Assembly (NCBI GenBank): GCA_002269645.1
Contig: NIVC01003270.1
Coordinates: 31,063-95,062 of the forward strand
DNA length: 64,000 nt
Direction: 5' to 3'
Origin: Macrostomum lignano
Lineage: Eukaryota
The translations under genes and the position numbers were made by a program. Below are positions 34,130-46,687 of this stretch, in pieces; within the stretch, counting starts at the first letter, position 1; every line of letters begins with the position of its first letter. Under the pieces are notes generated by a model that saw only the letters and a list, made by a program, of their open reading frames with translations, had not been told where the DNA came from and made no database searches.

Positions 34130-36904
34130 TTCCAAAACACTTGTAGTACAATTATAAAAAGGTAAAAAAAAGATTATCCTAGATCATGTGGTTTTTACAT
34201 TTTTTAAGTTAAAGCATGTTTTAAGCATACATGCGCAACTGCTGGCCGACCTGGCTGATCTGGCCACCATAAATTGTGGTGGACCAAGGGTAAGTCGCAA
34301 AAATGCCCAGCCTAAAGAATACAGACGTAGTACTAATTAGATGACGAGGCATTTAGCCCTTATAAGACAGTCATAGTTACTCTTGCTGTTTACCTAATCG
34401 GGTTTCTTTTACAGGTAAGTCGCATTTGGTCAAAAAGTAAGTTGCATGGCCAGTGTAAATCAGGGGGGTTGTGCATGTATGTTTTAAGCATCATATAGAA
34501 TCATAGAATGAAGTAATTAAATTGGTAATTACTAATACTGAAACAAGAAAAATTCATATTCAACACAATAAACATCCTTGTTTAACAACTCCTTGCATGT
34601 TTTCTAACAAGCATAACTAGTAGTACATCATGATGCTACACTTGTGATTCCTGGAACATTTTTGAAGGCATATTTCTTCATTTTGATGTTCATGCAAGAC
34701 AACACAAGTGATATATTCTTGAAGGTTTTGAGTTTTAACTCATTTGAGGCTAATATTCATTTTCTAATTGCAGCACAAGGCACTATAATCAAGTTATGTT
34801 AAAGTCTTACACATTGGTCTATCTATCAAATTCCAGCCATTTGTTATCTTTTTTGTTAATTGTTAACTGGCATTTCTAAGGCTGCCAGAATATGATTATT
34901 GATTCTAAATGAGTCAACAAAACAAAAGTATACTAATTACACTAACTATAAAAACATAGCTGCTGTGGAGCTACAGCACAATATTATATATAGTAGGGTG
35001 ACAAGAGAATGGCCCATACAAACTAAGAGTCACCTGAAATACAGTATTCTACAAGCTGATCATTGTGGCACATCTATTTCCATATATAATTCTAGAGTCA
35101 GAATCAATGTTCGAAAATTAGCCTTCAACTTTTATATGAATCATCCTTATGTACTGCTAATCTTTGTTTAGTAAAGGTTTTATTTATTCATTTAAATTTT
35201 GGATGCAATAATAACAAAAAACAATATATAGCATCTTTATTTAAGAAATAACGTTATATTTAACTCTAGACTAATACATGTTTTTGTTTTTCCTCATGAA
35301 GACATATTTAAATACTTTTTAGAAATCCAAATGTTTTGTATTTGGAAATTTTATTTTCCAAAATTCCAAATGTGCTTCCGAATATGAAAAAATCAAAAAA
35401 ACCAAAACAAAATTATGCTAACATAAAAGAAATACAACTTTTTGAAAAGAAAGTCAATTAAAAAATGAGAATGCAAAATTTAATGTAATATTATTCATTT
35501 TTACAATTGTCTGTTTTGCAGTAATGTATATTATTAAAAAGTGTTAATAAGTAAAGTTACTTAACTTTGGAACCTTTGAGGCATTCAACCTAAAGTTGCA
35601 GAAACATTTAATTGCAGTAATCATTTTTTAAGTGTAATCATCACTTTTTTTCAAAATGCAAATGCAATGGACTTTACGCACTATACACAGTAAAGTTATC
35701 AAATTGCACAAACGTAATGTCAGTTAGTATTAGTAATTGGAATTAGTTAGATTATATATATAAGATTTGAGCTCAATTTTAAGTTTCACTCAATTTAGAT
35801 ACTAGATAGATATAGTATAAGCCCTAGATTAGATTGAATCTTGTCAGTAAATTAATGTATAGCACTTACTAATACGATTACTAATTAGATGACGAGGCAT
35901 ATTTTGTCACTAAAAGATGTCATAGTTACTCCCGCTGTGTACCTTTTACTTTTGTCTGCATTCAGAAACACATTTTGATATTTGGATTCGGATTTGGAAT
36001 TTTTTTGTACATTCGGATTTGGTTTCGGAAACTTGCAAAAATCTACATTCAGTCCATCACTTATCAAAGTACTGATACCAAAACCCACACTCAAGAAGGT
36101 ATACATTATAATAGAAAATTATGGCACATATCAACGAAAAATGTATACAAAGTGGCGCACACGGTGCACAACAAAGGCTTAGCAGAAATTTTTAGTGCAC
36201 AGTGGCATATAGCAAAACCTGATAAGAAAAATTTAGCTGACAATGAGTCACCTAAATTTATAATCTGCATATGCAGTACATAAAATATGGTTGAAGATTA
36301 CACTTTTTCTAAGCATATTAATTAAAAAATTGTTTCTTGGTAAGTAAAATGAATAATAAAATTCAAAATGGGATGTTATTATAAAGTTGAAGCTAATTCT
36401 TTTGATAATTTTCTACGTGAGCTAAAATAAAGCAAAATGTTTGAGTTAAAAAAAGCCTACCAAGGTACAAAAATTTATCTGTTTTTTTTTAGTTTTGTTT
36501 TAATTTGACTTTTACCAAGTTTTTTAGTGCTACAATGCATTAGTACTCTAGCTATGTATTTGTCAGTAAACAAATGTTAACCTTGGTGCACAAATTCATA
36601 TTTTGTTTTACGCACAGTGTGCATTCCAAAAATATATTGAAATATATTCCTGCACACATGTGACACCTTCTTAAGTATAGACCAGAACAAGTGCTAGAAG
36701 TTACTTTCTTTGGAATAGGAAGTTACTTAACCGGAAGTTATTTTTTCCAGGGTGCCCGCAAATTTTGAGAAAGTAAAATAAAGGAGACTATTTGACTGAT
36801 CCCAAAATAAAGGAGATTTAATTTGGTAATGTAACAATGATAGGCAATGTCTGTCTAAGGCCTGTATAGGCAAACTCTGGCCTCTTGCCTCTGCATCACT
36901 ATGT

Positions 36905-37290
36905 CCTTTGGGTCCTCTGAAACTTTTATCTTTTTTTCTGTTTCCTCTCTTCTCTCTCTCTCCTTTAATCTTTTTTCTTTTCTTCCCATTCTCCTATCCT
37001 ATCTACTCTCTTCTCTTGCTCATCTATATTCTTTTTTTCTACTCTTTCCTGTATCCACTCTGGGCTCTCTCATCTTTCTCCTCTCTTTTCTTTTATCTCT
37101 TCTTTCTTTCATCTTATCTCTCCTCTCTCTTCTTGTCTCTCTTTTTTGCATCTTTTCCCCTCTATTATCCTCGCACTCCTCTTTCCCTTTTCCTTTTCTC
37201 TGCCTTCTCTTTCTCTCCTTACCCTCCTGTCTCCTCTTATACGAGCCTATTTTATCTATTCTCTTATCCTTTCTCTCAACACATTTTATT
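36905..37290. repeat. CT-rich low-complexity tract
   Basis: Almost purely pyrimidine on the + strand; the L/S/F-rich ORFs here are artefacts. Confidence 0.85.
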
Positions 37291-37598
37291 GTCACATTGG
37301 CCACGTGATGTGATTGTCACATTGTCACATTGTCACACATTTTATTGTCACATGTGTGCATTATCAATTCTTTTATTGTCTATTAATTCTCTTTTCCACT
37401 TGCATCTACCCCTGTAGCCATTAGCTGGATTTTTTATCTGGCCTTTGAGATAAAAATCTGCCAATCCCTACTTCAAAAGCCAGTTGTACTCTCATGATTG
37501 TTTTATTCTATGGCCTATTTGTTGACTTCTTTGATCACATTATCTTTCTAGCCAATTTGCCATCCTAAGAAGAACTTGTATATTCCTAGCTTCACAGC

Positions 37599-37776
37599 AT
37601 AGGCAGCGGGAGCTTGCGGCACTGGGGGCACATGCCCCCCTCCCCCCCCCCCAAAATGAGTCTATGTGGTTATTTTAGTGCTTTTTCTGATTTTAGACCC
37701 TAATTAGCAATTACAAAGGTACCTGTGCCTTCCTTGCCCCTTGCCCCTTTTAAAATATTAGGCTCTGCCGCCACTG
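37599..37776. mobile_element. Possible degenerate MITE (GGCAGCGG...GCCGCCACTG ends, GGGGGCACATGCCCCC core)
   Basis: A GC-rich island in AT-rich surroundings, with imperfect inverted ends resembling common short DNA-transposon derivatives. Confidence 0.35.
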
Positions 37777-38369
37777 CTGAACAGTTCCATATCTGATATT
37801 GTGGCTAACCTAGGGTTGATACTATAAAGTTTGTCCAATTGTTAACTAACTTTGCCTAGGAAAATAATATAAGTCAATAGAATACTCTTATTAAAAATTA
37901 TTATTTAAACGGACCCTAAACTAATAATACATTTAAGTATAAGTGCTAAAAATCCTAGGAGCTAAAGTGGCTAAAATAAAGGAGAAACTTTTAAAAATCT
38001 TCTAAATAAAGAAAATAAAGGAGGGGTTTGCCAAAAAAGAGAACAAAGGAGATAAAGGAGATAAAAGAAGGTGTGGGCACCTTGTTTTTTAGAGTAACTT
38101 GCCTAATACTAGACATGTGCCAAGCGCCATGCCAATGTATTCTAGCACAGCAGACAAGAGAAAAATTAGGCACAATATAGTATAAGTAAAGAAATCTATA
38201 CAATTTAGTATTTAAGACAAAAATTTTAGATGAGACAATACTTTCTTTGTCAAAAAATTAGCTTATAATTTCTTTTTATCAGCACGTTTTGCTTGCCAAA
38301 ATATCAATAGCTATTTGAATTAATTTATATAAACATTGCATTTTCTATGAAATATATTCAAATATGTTT

Positions 38370-40505
38370 TGTAATATATCTCCATATCTATTTTAAAAGG
38401 AATCATATTTTGTACTTATTTCTCACTGTATTATTTGTATTTCATATTTGTATTCTGTTTCTGCATTTACTGTACTTTTTAGTGTCTATACTCGTATTTA
38501 TCTAATTTTGCATAATTGTTTTATAATGTAGTTTGTTTTATTGCTCAATGTAACTAATATATAATAAATATTGCTTGTAAGAGTTCGCCGCTCTGATTTG
38601 GCACTCTGGTCTTGACTGACGATTCAAATATTCAAATGAGACTTCTCAGCAACTAATTCATTACATTGGCAACCATGCCAGGACCCGGATTCCACAAGGG
38701 GACTCTGCTAGATCCTTCTGACCTCTAGCAGCTAGCGAATCAACACAAGCCAACACCAAAAAGCCAGCCAATGACAGCAGAGATGCCATGACTCCATGAG
38801 TGCAGGCATCCGAAGATTAGAAGATATTGAATCTGTGTTGTTTCAATTGTACTATATAGCAATTCCACTTAGTACTTGTATTCTTTCATATCATATGTAT
38901 TTTATACTGTATTTTGGCAATTGCCATAATGTACTTACTTTTCAAATAACATTAATAATTATTTTTTAATGTAACTGTTCATTTTGTGAAGTGTCACCCA
39001 ATGGCACTGCATCACAAAAGTGTGTACAAGTATTTCTTTTTTTGTAAAGTATTTTTACTTGATCCATACTGTTTGTGCTCTGTGCTGGTTGTAATGGGGA
39101 GAACCCAGGGCTCTGTTTTCCCTGTTAGGTTCTAGTCTATGTATTGTTTGTTTAACTTGCTTCTTATAAGGTACCAGACCATTACATTGTTTTTTGTTAA
39201 TGTGTTCTGCTATTCTCATATTGAATGCATAGTTGGGAAAGCAGTTAAATTTGTTCTAATAATTTCAATTTTATCTGTTCTTTTACTGTATATTTAATAG
39301 TTATTTTCATTACTGAAGTAGGGCGCATAGTAATTACTCGTTTCTGTCTATATTTCTTAGAAGAGCCGATTTCAAATTCGCGCTAAAACTTTGTTTTAAT
39401 GTGGTGAGTTTCAAAAATATTTTTGCGATTAATATTTGTTATAAACTGTAATGATTTCTACTATAAATAGAAGCTCTGAGCGGGCCAGGAGGACTAACTC
39501 GGACTACTCGCCCAGCTCATTCAACTTGTTCGTTCGTGTGCTTTAGCAGAAGCTAAAAATTGACAAGAAGAATTGAAAATTGGCTTGTTCATTTCTTAGA
39601 GTATAAACCCCAATTGGGAGAGTCAGAATCCGCTAAGAGCGAGAATCGCCTCAGGGCCGAAGAATCGCTTCAGAGCAGGAATATTCACCTCAGGGCAGGA
39701 GAACCGCCTCAGAGTGAGGGAAAGATCGCCTCAGGGCAGAGATTTCGCTTAGAGCTGTGACCCTCTGATCCCGGGAACGCCCAGGACTGAGAAAATAATA
39801 TCTTTAGAGGAATATAGGAATAGAATAGACAGTGCCTAAAAAGACCGCTCAGGCCAGAAAGTACAATAAAAGTACATACGCTACCAATAAAAGTACATAC
39901 GCTACCAATAGAAGTACATACGCTACTAGTAAAAGGCAGATAATAACCAGCAATATTAACAAGAAGGAATAACCCCTGTAACAGCTTGGTGGCAGCAAGT
40001 AAGGCTAGACAAAGGAATAAATAAGCACCCTGTAACAACTTTAGTGACAGCGGTGAAATCATTTGTAGGGACAGAAGTTACCCCTACAACAACTTTGGTG
40101 TCAGCGGTTGAAATTGTATAGAGAGACGGAGCCTTACAACATTACTTTGTATTGTACTTTTTGTACTTTTATTGACAATGTGGACATTGTCCTTTCCAAG
40201 AGGAGGATAATGTAATGTATCTCCATATCTATTTTAAAAGGAATTATATTTGTACTTATTTCTCACTGAATTATTTGTATTTCATATTTGTATTCTATTT
40301 CTGTATTTACTGTACTTTTTAGTGTATGTACTTGTGTTTATATAATTTTGCATAATTGTTTTATAATGTAGTTTGTTTTATTGCTCAATGTAACTAATAT
40401 ATAATAAATATCACTTGTAAGAGTTTGCCACTCTGATTTGGCACTTTGGTCTTAACTGACGATTCAAATATTCAAATGAGACTTCTTGGCAACTAATTCA
40501 TTATA
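38370..40505 (+). mobile_element. Non-autonomous LTR retrotransposon (Ty3/Gypsy-like), 2.1 kb
   Basis: LTRs at 38370-38665 (TG..CA) and 40211-40505 (TG..TA), ~93% identical. 4-bp TSD GTTT. PBS TGGCAACCATGCCAGGAC at 38667; PPT AAGAGGAGGATAA before the 3' LTR. No gag/pol ORF recognised. Confidence 0.9.
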
Positions 40506-41216
40506 GTTTTACTAGCATTTTTCAAATAAAAAATTACTAATTTAGTAATTTTTCAAAAAGTTTTGTACCATATGGCACAAACAAACTTTTTTATAGATTT
40601 GTTCTGGCACAGGTATATGATGATCCCCATAGTCCATTTCATTACAGTTAACAATTCTAGACAAAAATTAGTCTTGGCATAAATGCTTGGGGTAAGATTT
40701 AATAGAAAAATAGACTGGCATAAATGATGGGCATAAAAACAACTATAGATAATCTTTTGGTTTATTTCCCTGACCAAAAATAAACGCAACTGGCCAACCA
40801 ACCATGTTTCAATTACTGTAACTTATTTAAAGTATTTGAATAAAATGGAGAATTTAAATAACTACACATTTTATAATTTGTATAAAGTAAGACAAAGTTA
40901 AAAATCTAGAAATTAAATTGTAATGCAAAACTTTTATGTTATTCTGTTTTTATTACTTATATGTTTCTAAGGTTTTAATTTTAATAGACAAATAAAATCA
41001 TTAATAAACTTTTTTGAAATAAAAAATGTTTGTACAAACTGCCCTGCGCCTTAGTCTAGGTATTATGCCTGGCGTGTGCCATGTGGTACATAAGTCTGGC
41101 GTAAATGATGAAATTTCATCAGTTTTTCTCCAGCATAACTCCAAGCATGAAATGGACTATGGCATGATCCTAACTAGGCCTATGGCTTTAATGGACCTCT
41201 TCCCAAATTTAATTCA

Positions 41217-41780
41217 GCAATAGTGTAGTTTTGTTCGCGAAATTATTTTTTGTTTAAATTTGAAGTTGGAAACCAGAAAACAATAACAACAATAAAAAAT
41301 GATATTTTAAACTATTCTAACGATTGTGGCAGAGACCGTGGCAGCTATCAGGTTGCGTGCATTTAGCTCTATTTGGGGTAGAGCATTTGCTAGCAGCACT
41401 TCATTTGGTAGAGTTATCTATGAGGGTCTTGGTGTTCATCTAGCCATGATGCAATATGTTGTCCAAAAGAAAAAGTAGATATTAGCAGCTTCTCAGCTAA
41501 AGGGAAATAGTTCAAGCCCCCCCCCCCAGCTTAAGCCCCATTTAGATTTTTTTAACTATTTTTTCCATAGACAACTTGCGTTTCAAGTAGCATTTGAGTA
41601 TGGCACAGATTTAATGAAAAAAGTATATGAATAGAGCGCCCATTTGCTTTAAAGTTCCGTGACCAATGAGCTCTGGACCAGTTGCTAGAATGGTTTAAAA
41701 CATTGTTGTTATTGTTTTCTGGTTTTGAACTTTCAAATTTAAATGAAAAATAATTTCGCAAATGAAACTGCACTATTGCC
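41217..41780. mobile_element. Non-autonomous Mutator-like (MULE) element, 564 bp
   Basis: ~120-bp imperfect TIRs (GCAATAGTGTAG...AAACCAGAAAACAATAACAACAAT / inverse). 9-bp TSD TTTAATTCA at 41208-41216 and 41781-41789. Confidence 0.75.
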
Positions 41781-44298
41781 TTTAATTCAAATGCACACAT
41801 GCCAAATTCTTAACTATGATATTGCAAAGCATATCATTAGAATATTTACAAAGAAAATTAAAAAGTTATAGTCTAAGTCTACTCTAAAAATTAGGTCTTT
41901 AAGAATTTGTTCCACATAGGACTAAGAATTTCCTTCCAAAATATCATCTTCAGGAATATGGCCTAAATTCTAAAATGAATCTGCTGAAATTTTGTTCAAT
42001 GTTCATTAAAGTGACTTCACTAAATTAATGTTCCAAATAAAGGCCTAACCTAATTTTGGCATACTGCATTCTGGAAAAGGCATTAAAAAATTAACTAGAC
42101 CTAAATAGGTCTAGATAGATATTTCAAACTAACACAGGCAAAATGATCATACAGCATGCACCTTGGCTTGAGTTAGGTGAAATGGTCAAAAATGATACTT
42201 ACGACTGGGTGTTAAATAATATTGATTGTTATTAAACAGGACTATATAACATAGTACTGTACTACTGTTACTGTATAGTGTATATATTCAATTTATACTA
42301 GGCTAACCTACTAAACTAAACATGCTAACAGATAGGCACCCAACCATAACAATAGTGCCTCTAGAGTGCACACAGGGACGATGCCCTAGCCCCTGGGCAT
42401 GAACATACTGTCACTAACAAGTGAACAACAATAGAAGTAAGTGTCTATGTCTAGGACGAGCACTGAGCAGCAACGATGTGAAAGTTTAAAACAAAATCGT
42501 AGAATTTTGGTAAAATTCTACTGTTAAATTTTTTTATTTTTTTAACAAAATGTAAACTCTTTTTTAAATATTGATTAACTATTATATAGTATTGAGAGGT
42601 AAAATTATTTAAAATAAAAATAAATTGTTATTTAAATATATTAAGAAAACTAACTCAAATCAACACTATCTTCCGGAAGCCAATGCCTCACAAAATGTTC
42701 AACAGGTGGTTTCCGTTTTATTCTTCCAGCCCTAACTACCATTAAAATTATCTAATTTTTATATTGGTTTTTATTTAACAGTATTGACACCTTAGTCGTA
42801 TTTATATGTCCGGACTACTAAAGAGAAGGACCAACACTCAAAATATAATGGAAAATGTTTTGAAGGCCACTGTTCCAAACAATTTCACTTTTGAATGGAT
42901 GCACGGGAACATTAGAAATGTATACTCCTTTAAGAATAAAATACCATTCGCGGCTTTGGCTAAATCTAATTTTTTTAATTTACTTTTTCAAGGCAGACAA
43001 CCCATTTTTTCAACAAGGTGTGCCATTACTATGTACTATCTACATATAAAATTAGTGCAAACTGATTGCCTATATATGAGACTGCTTCAGCAAGTTTTAT
43101 CGTTCTAGTGATCGTATAGTCGCTGCAGGATGAGCAATTAAGAAGCACCTTGCGCTTGTAGTGGTGCATATAGTTTTGCTACAGCAGTAATTATTATGAT
43201 CTTGTCGAGCTCTTGGTTCATATAGCTGCTATTACATGTAGTTAAAGGCCTGTCTGGTAGGAGCGCAGAAACATTTCACCCAGCTGGTTTCGAGAGCTTT
43301 TACATGTAGATGCAGCAGATAGGGCCTAGTGTACGGAGTTAGCTGAAGTTGTCCAAATTGTTGAGACGGCACATACATGTACTACATGTATCAGGCAGGG
43401 CATCTCAATCTAGATGTATATCCGACTTCTTCCGCGCGGCCCGGACTTACGACAGAAAGAATTGAGGCAGCAAATGCAAGCTAGGGAGGGCACTCGCCGT
43501 GCGTTTATTTCGATTCCGACTTGTACTATATGTGATTTTTGTTACTGATCATGCAACTTCAAGATGCATGAAGCGTACGTGAATAATACGGATCGTTTAG
43601 AGCCCTCATAGAGCTGTATGCTGACGCTGCAGCTTGCCTGCACTGCAGGGGCTGCTGAATTTTAATTGTGCTGCACGCCGTTTGTAGAACGTAAGGTAGC
43701 TAGTCAGGCATGTTTTGTGACCTCGTTTCTTGCTTTTGCTCTTCATCGATCCCGAGCATTGATTTTGAATATCTAATAGTACAGTGTTATTTACCACCTA
43801 TTTAAAACATGTACATCTGTCTTCTTGCAGGGCACAAGTGAACGAAAGAGCTGCTGTGCTGCTATGGCACCATGCATATACTACTCTAGCTGGATTGCCA
43901 AACTTTTCATGACTACATGTACACCTGTGTTTTGTAAATTCAAGGCTCAAGCCAACCGTTAAATGAATGAAAAGCAGAACTAAAAAGCGTCAAGCTTTTA
44001 CGTTGACTTTGCAGCCGCATATAAGAGCTAATCGGTAAAAGCTGGCATCCTGAACCCATATTGTAGTGCTGCAATAACTTAGGCTTTTATTTTTGCAAGC
44101 TCGCATCGATTTTGAAGATTTTTGTCTTCACGATCAATACAGCTAAAAGCTTTCAAACAATAGTAAAATTGACATTTCAAAAGACCAATACACAACTGGA
44201 TTCTAGTATAAAAACTCCAGTTAGAAAGGAAATTAAAGAAATCGCTTCTCCATCAGTTCGCTTCCCAGAAAATACGCATTGGTCGGCATCCGATTTAA

Positions 44299-45521
44299 AT
44301 GTCCAAGCTGGAATTAAAAACGTTCTGTACGTCTGCAGCTGCCTGCGTTGCCATGCTTATTCTCATTGAGATATTTTTTAAAATCCGCTACGCTTCAGCT
44401 GCAAATATCCAGTTTAAAAAGACTAAACTTTGCCCAGCTTCTGAGCAGATACGGCAGATAAAGCTGAGCAGTAAAATCCAGTGCGCCGCTGCGTGCAGCG
44501 CTGATAAGCTTTGCGACGCGTTTCATTTCGACAGGATAAGCCGGATCTGCTACATTGGAGACGCCTGCGCAAATAAAATGCTGTGGACTGCTGGAGCATG
44601 CGACTCGCACGTGTACTATCCAGGCCATGTTGTCAGCAATGTGAAGGGTAAGTGCATCGCATATTTCAAGTACTGTACAACTGCATGAATCGCTTACACT
44701 CTCGGACACTCATTCTACTCAGACCGAAAATCGACATTCTTCAAGCGCCTACAGCTGCTGCTGTTTTACCGGTTCAAGAAGAATGGTTTGGTGAACGAAG
44801 TGGACTCGAGGCGATTCTGTTTGAAAGCGCACGATGTGACAGTCGGCAGTGACGGAGCCGAGTTCAAGGGCAGCCCGAGTTCTTACCTGAGCGCGGAGAC
44901 TCCAGGATTTAATGAATACCTCGACTATGGGAAGAGTTACTCGTTTTACCTTCTGGTTCGGCATGTCATGGATTGCGAGTACGTTGCCTTCTAATTATAA
45001 TAGGTCACTTTTCAAATTTACAGTATGCATGAACGTTGAGTCAACTACATGTATGAATTCCAAAACTGCCAATAAATTTCAGGTATCAATACTATCATTC
45101 GTTCTGGAGCTGTGGCAGCTCTCCTGAAAGAAGCAATTCATTTGCTAAGCGTTCGAACTTCATATACGGCTATTCGTACTGGACTCAGGGCGACTACAAG
45201 AGGTTCCTGGCCGAGTCTGAGACTTTCCTGCCTGAGACCACTCAGCCAGCCCTGCTGTCTGTCGGTTGCGCTTACAACAGAACTGCCTACCAGCACTTCT
45301 ACTTTAACGGCTTGGTGTATGACAACTTCAAGAAGGCTCATCCGATGCAACCGGGAGCTTCAGTTAATCCATCTAGTTTTGACTGTCTAAAACTGGGATA
45401 TTCTCCAGACTCCTCTATCAGTCTAAATGGCTCTCTTTACTGCTATGGCATGAGCTCGAAAATATTGAATCAGGAAGAGTTCAAAGAGCTGGAGGACTTC
45501 TGCACCAACGCTAGTGATTAA
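44299..45521 (+). CDS. Secreted PAN/Apple + ConA/LamG(pentraxin)-like domain protein, copy A, 347 aa
   Basis: Exons 44299-44647, 44723-44978 and 45083-45521 (phases 1, 2; total 1044 nt). Hydrophobic N-terminus; PAN pattern C..(QCAAACSADKLCDAFHF)..C; a second domain with EFKGSPSSYL, FYFNG, LKLG..SLNGSLYC..ILNQEEF. Confidence 0.75.
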
Positions 45522-46064
45522 CCAGCGATGAGGACTGAGATTGAAAAGTGAATCTCTAACTCGTGTTATCGCAAAGAAATTGCATGATCTAAAAAATTGT
45601 GTTTCTCCTGCTCGACGTCGAATTTCTCCTGCTCTTGATTTTCTTTCTGACATATCACCAGATCTGCTTGCTTTTGTCGTGCACGGGACTTGGATTTCCT
45701 TGAATTATCCTCGCGCAGAATTTTGTGTTTGGAACCAAGGCGAATAACAATGTGAAAAAGACGAATAAATATCACGGCTCCTGTTTAAATACTGAGTAGA
45801 AAGCTTTCGCACGTCCGTCAAACAAAGAATCTCGTTATATCGCAAGATAGTCTTTTGTATTTCATTTTCAGGAATAAATCATTCTTTTCATGTTATACCA
45901 GCTAAATCACACCGTTGAAAATCTTCGAATTTACAAAAAGCAGAAATCAAGTTAAAATCATAGTTTTCGTTTGCATGGTTAAAAATTCGAGTAGTATTGC
46001 GGTACATAACGAAACCGAGGTATCGCTTATTCTATCAAGTCCACTGTCTTTACTCAGTTGAACT

Positions 46065-46162
46065 CAAGGACAACTTGATAACTCAGGACCAGAAACGAGC
46101 CTCATACTTTTTTTCGCCATGAATTGGCTCGTTTCCGGTCCTGAGTTATCAAGTTGTCCTTG
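46065..46162. other. Inverted repeat/hairpin with 37-bp arms (1 mismatch) and a 24-nt loop
   Basis: CAAGGACAACTTGATAACTCAGGACCAGAAACGAGCC (46065-46101) pairs with 46126-46162. Confidence 0.9.
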
Positions 46163-46687
46163 GGTACGATGCTACACAACTCATTGTGCATTATGGCCTT
46201 AGTGTTCGTCCTCAAGACCTAGAATTTCAGGACACTTCTAAATTACATGTACATGTAATCGCTTTCCAAACCTCGAACGATATTGCAGCTCTGCCACTTA
46301 TAATCTGACTTGCCTTGACTCCTTTCTTAATTGAAGTACATTTAAGTTGTCATCATTTGGTCGGCTGCCTAGCTGATGAAAGCAAAAACCCAGAGAAAAC
46401 AGGATGCGAAAAGCGATTGCGACCAATTAGGCCACCACGAGAAGTAAATTGCGAGCGTACTTAGGAGTTGTTTTATTTGTTATTTCCAAGAGGGCCGCCG
46501 AGAAACTGAGGATTTGGATTCGTAAAACGTCTATTTTGAGGTTTACTAAAGTTTCACAAATTTTTTTCGATGATTTCAGGCAATATTTTTAACCAATAAC
46601 TCATTATTTAAGTTCATTATTGCTTGGCGTGCCTATTGTAACATCATTTCGAGTCTTATTGAATAGCAGATTAAAATAAGCAGCTGG

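Noticed and set aside
36860-37472. Old hAT element spanning the CT-rich tract (GGCAAACT...TGCCAATCCCT)
   Set aside because: The ends are too degenerate and no TSD is present.
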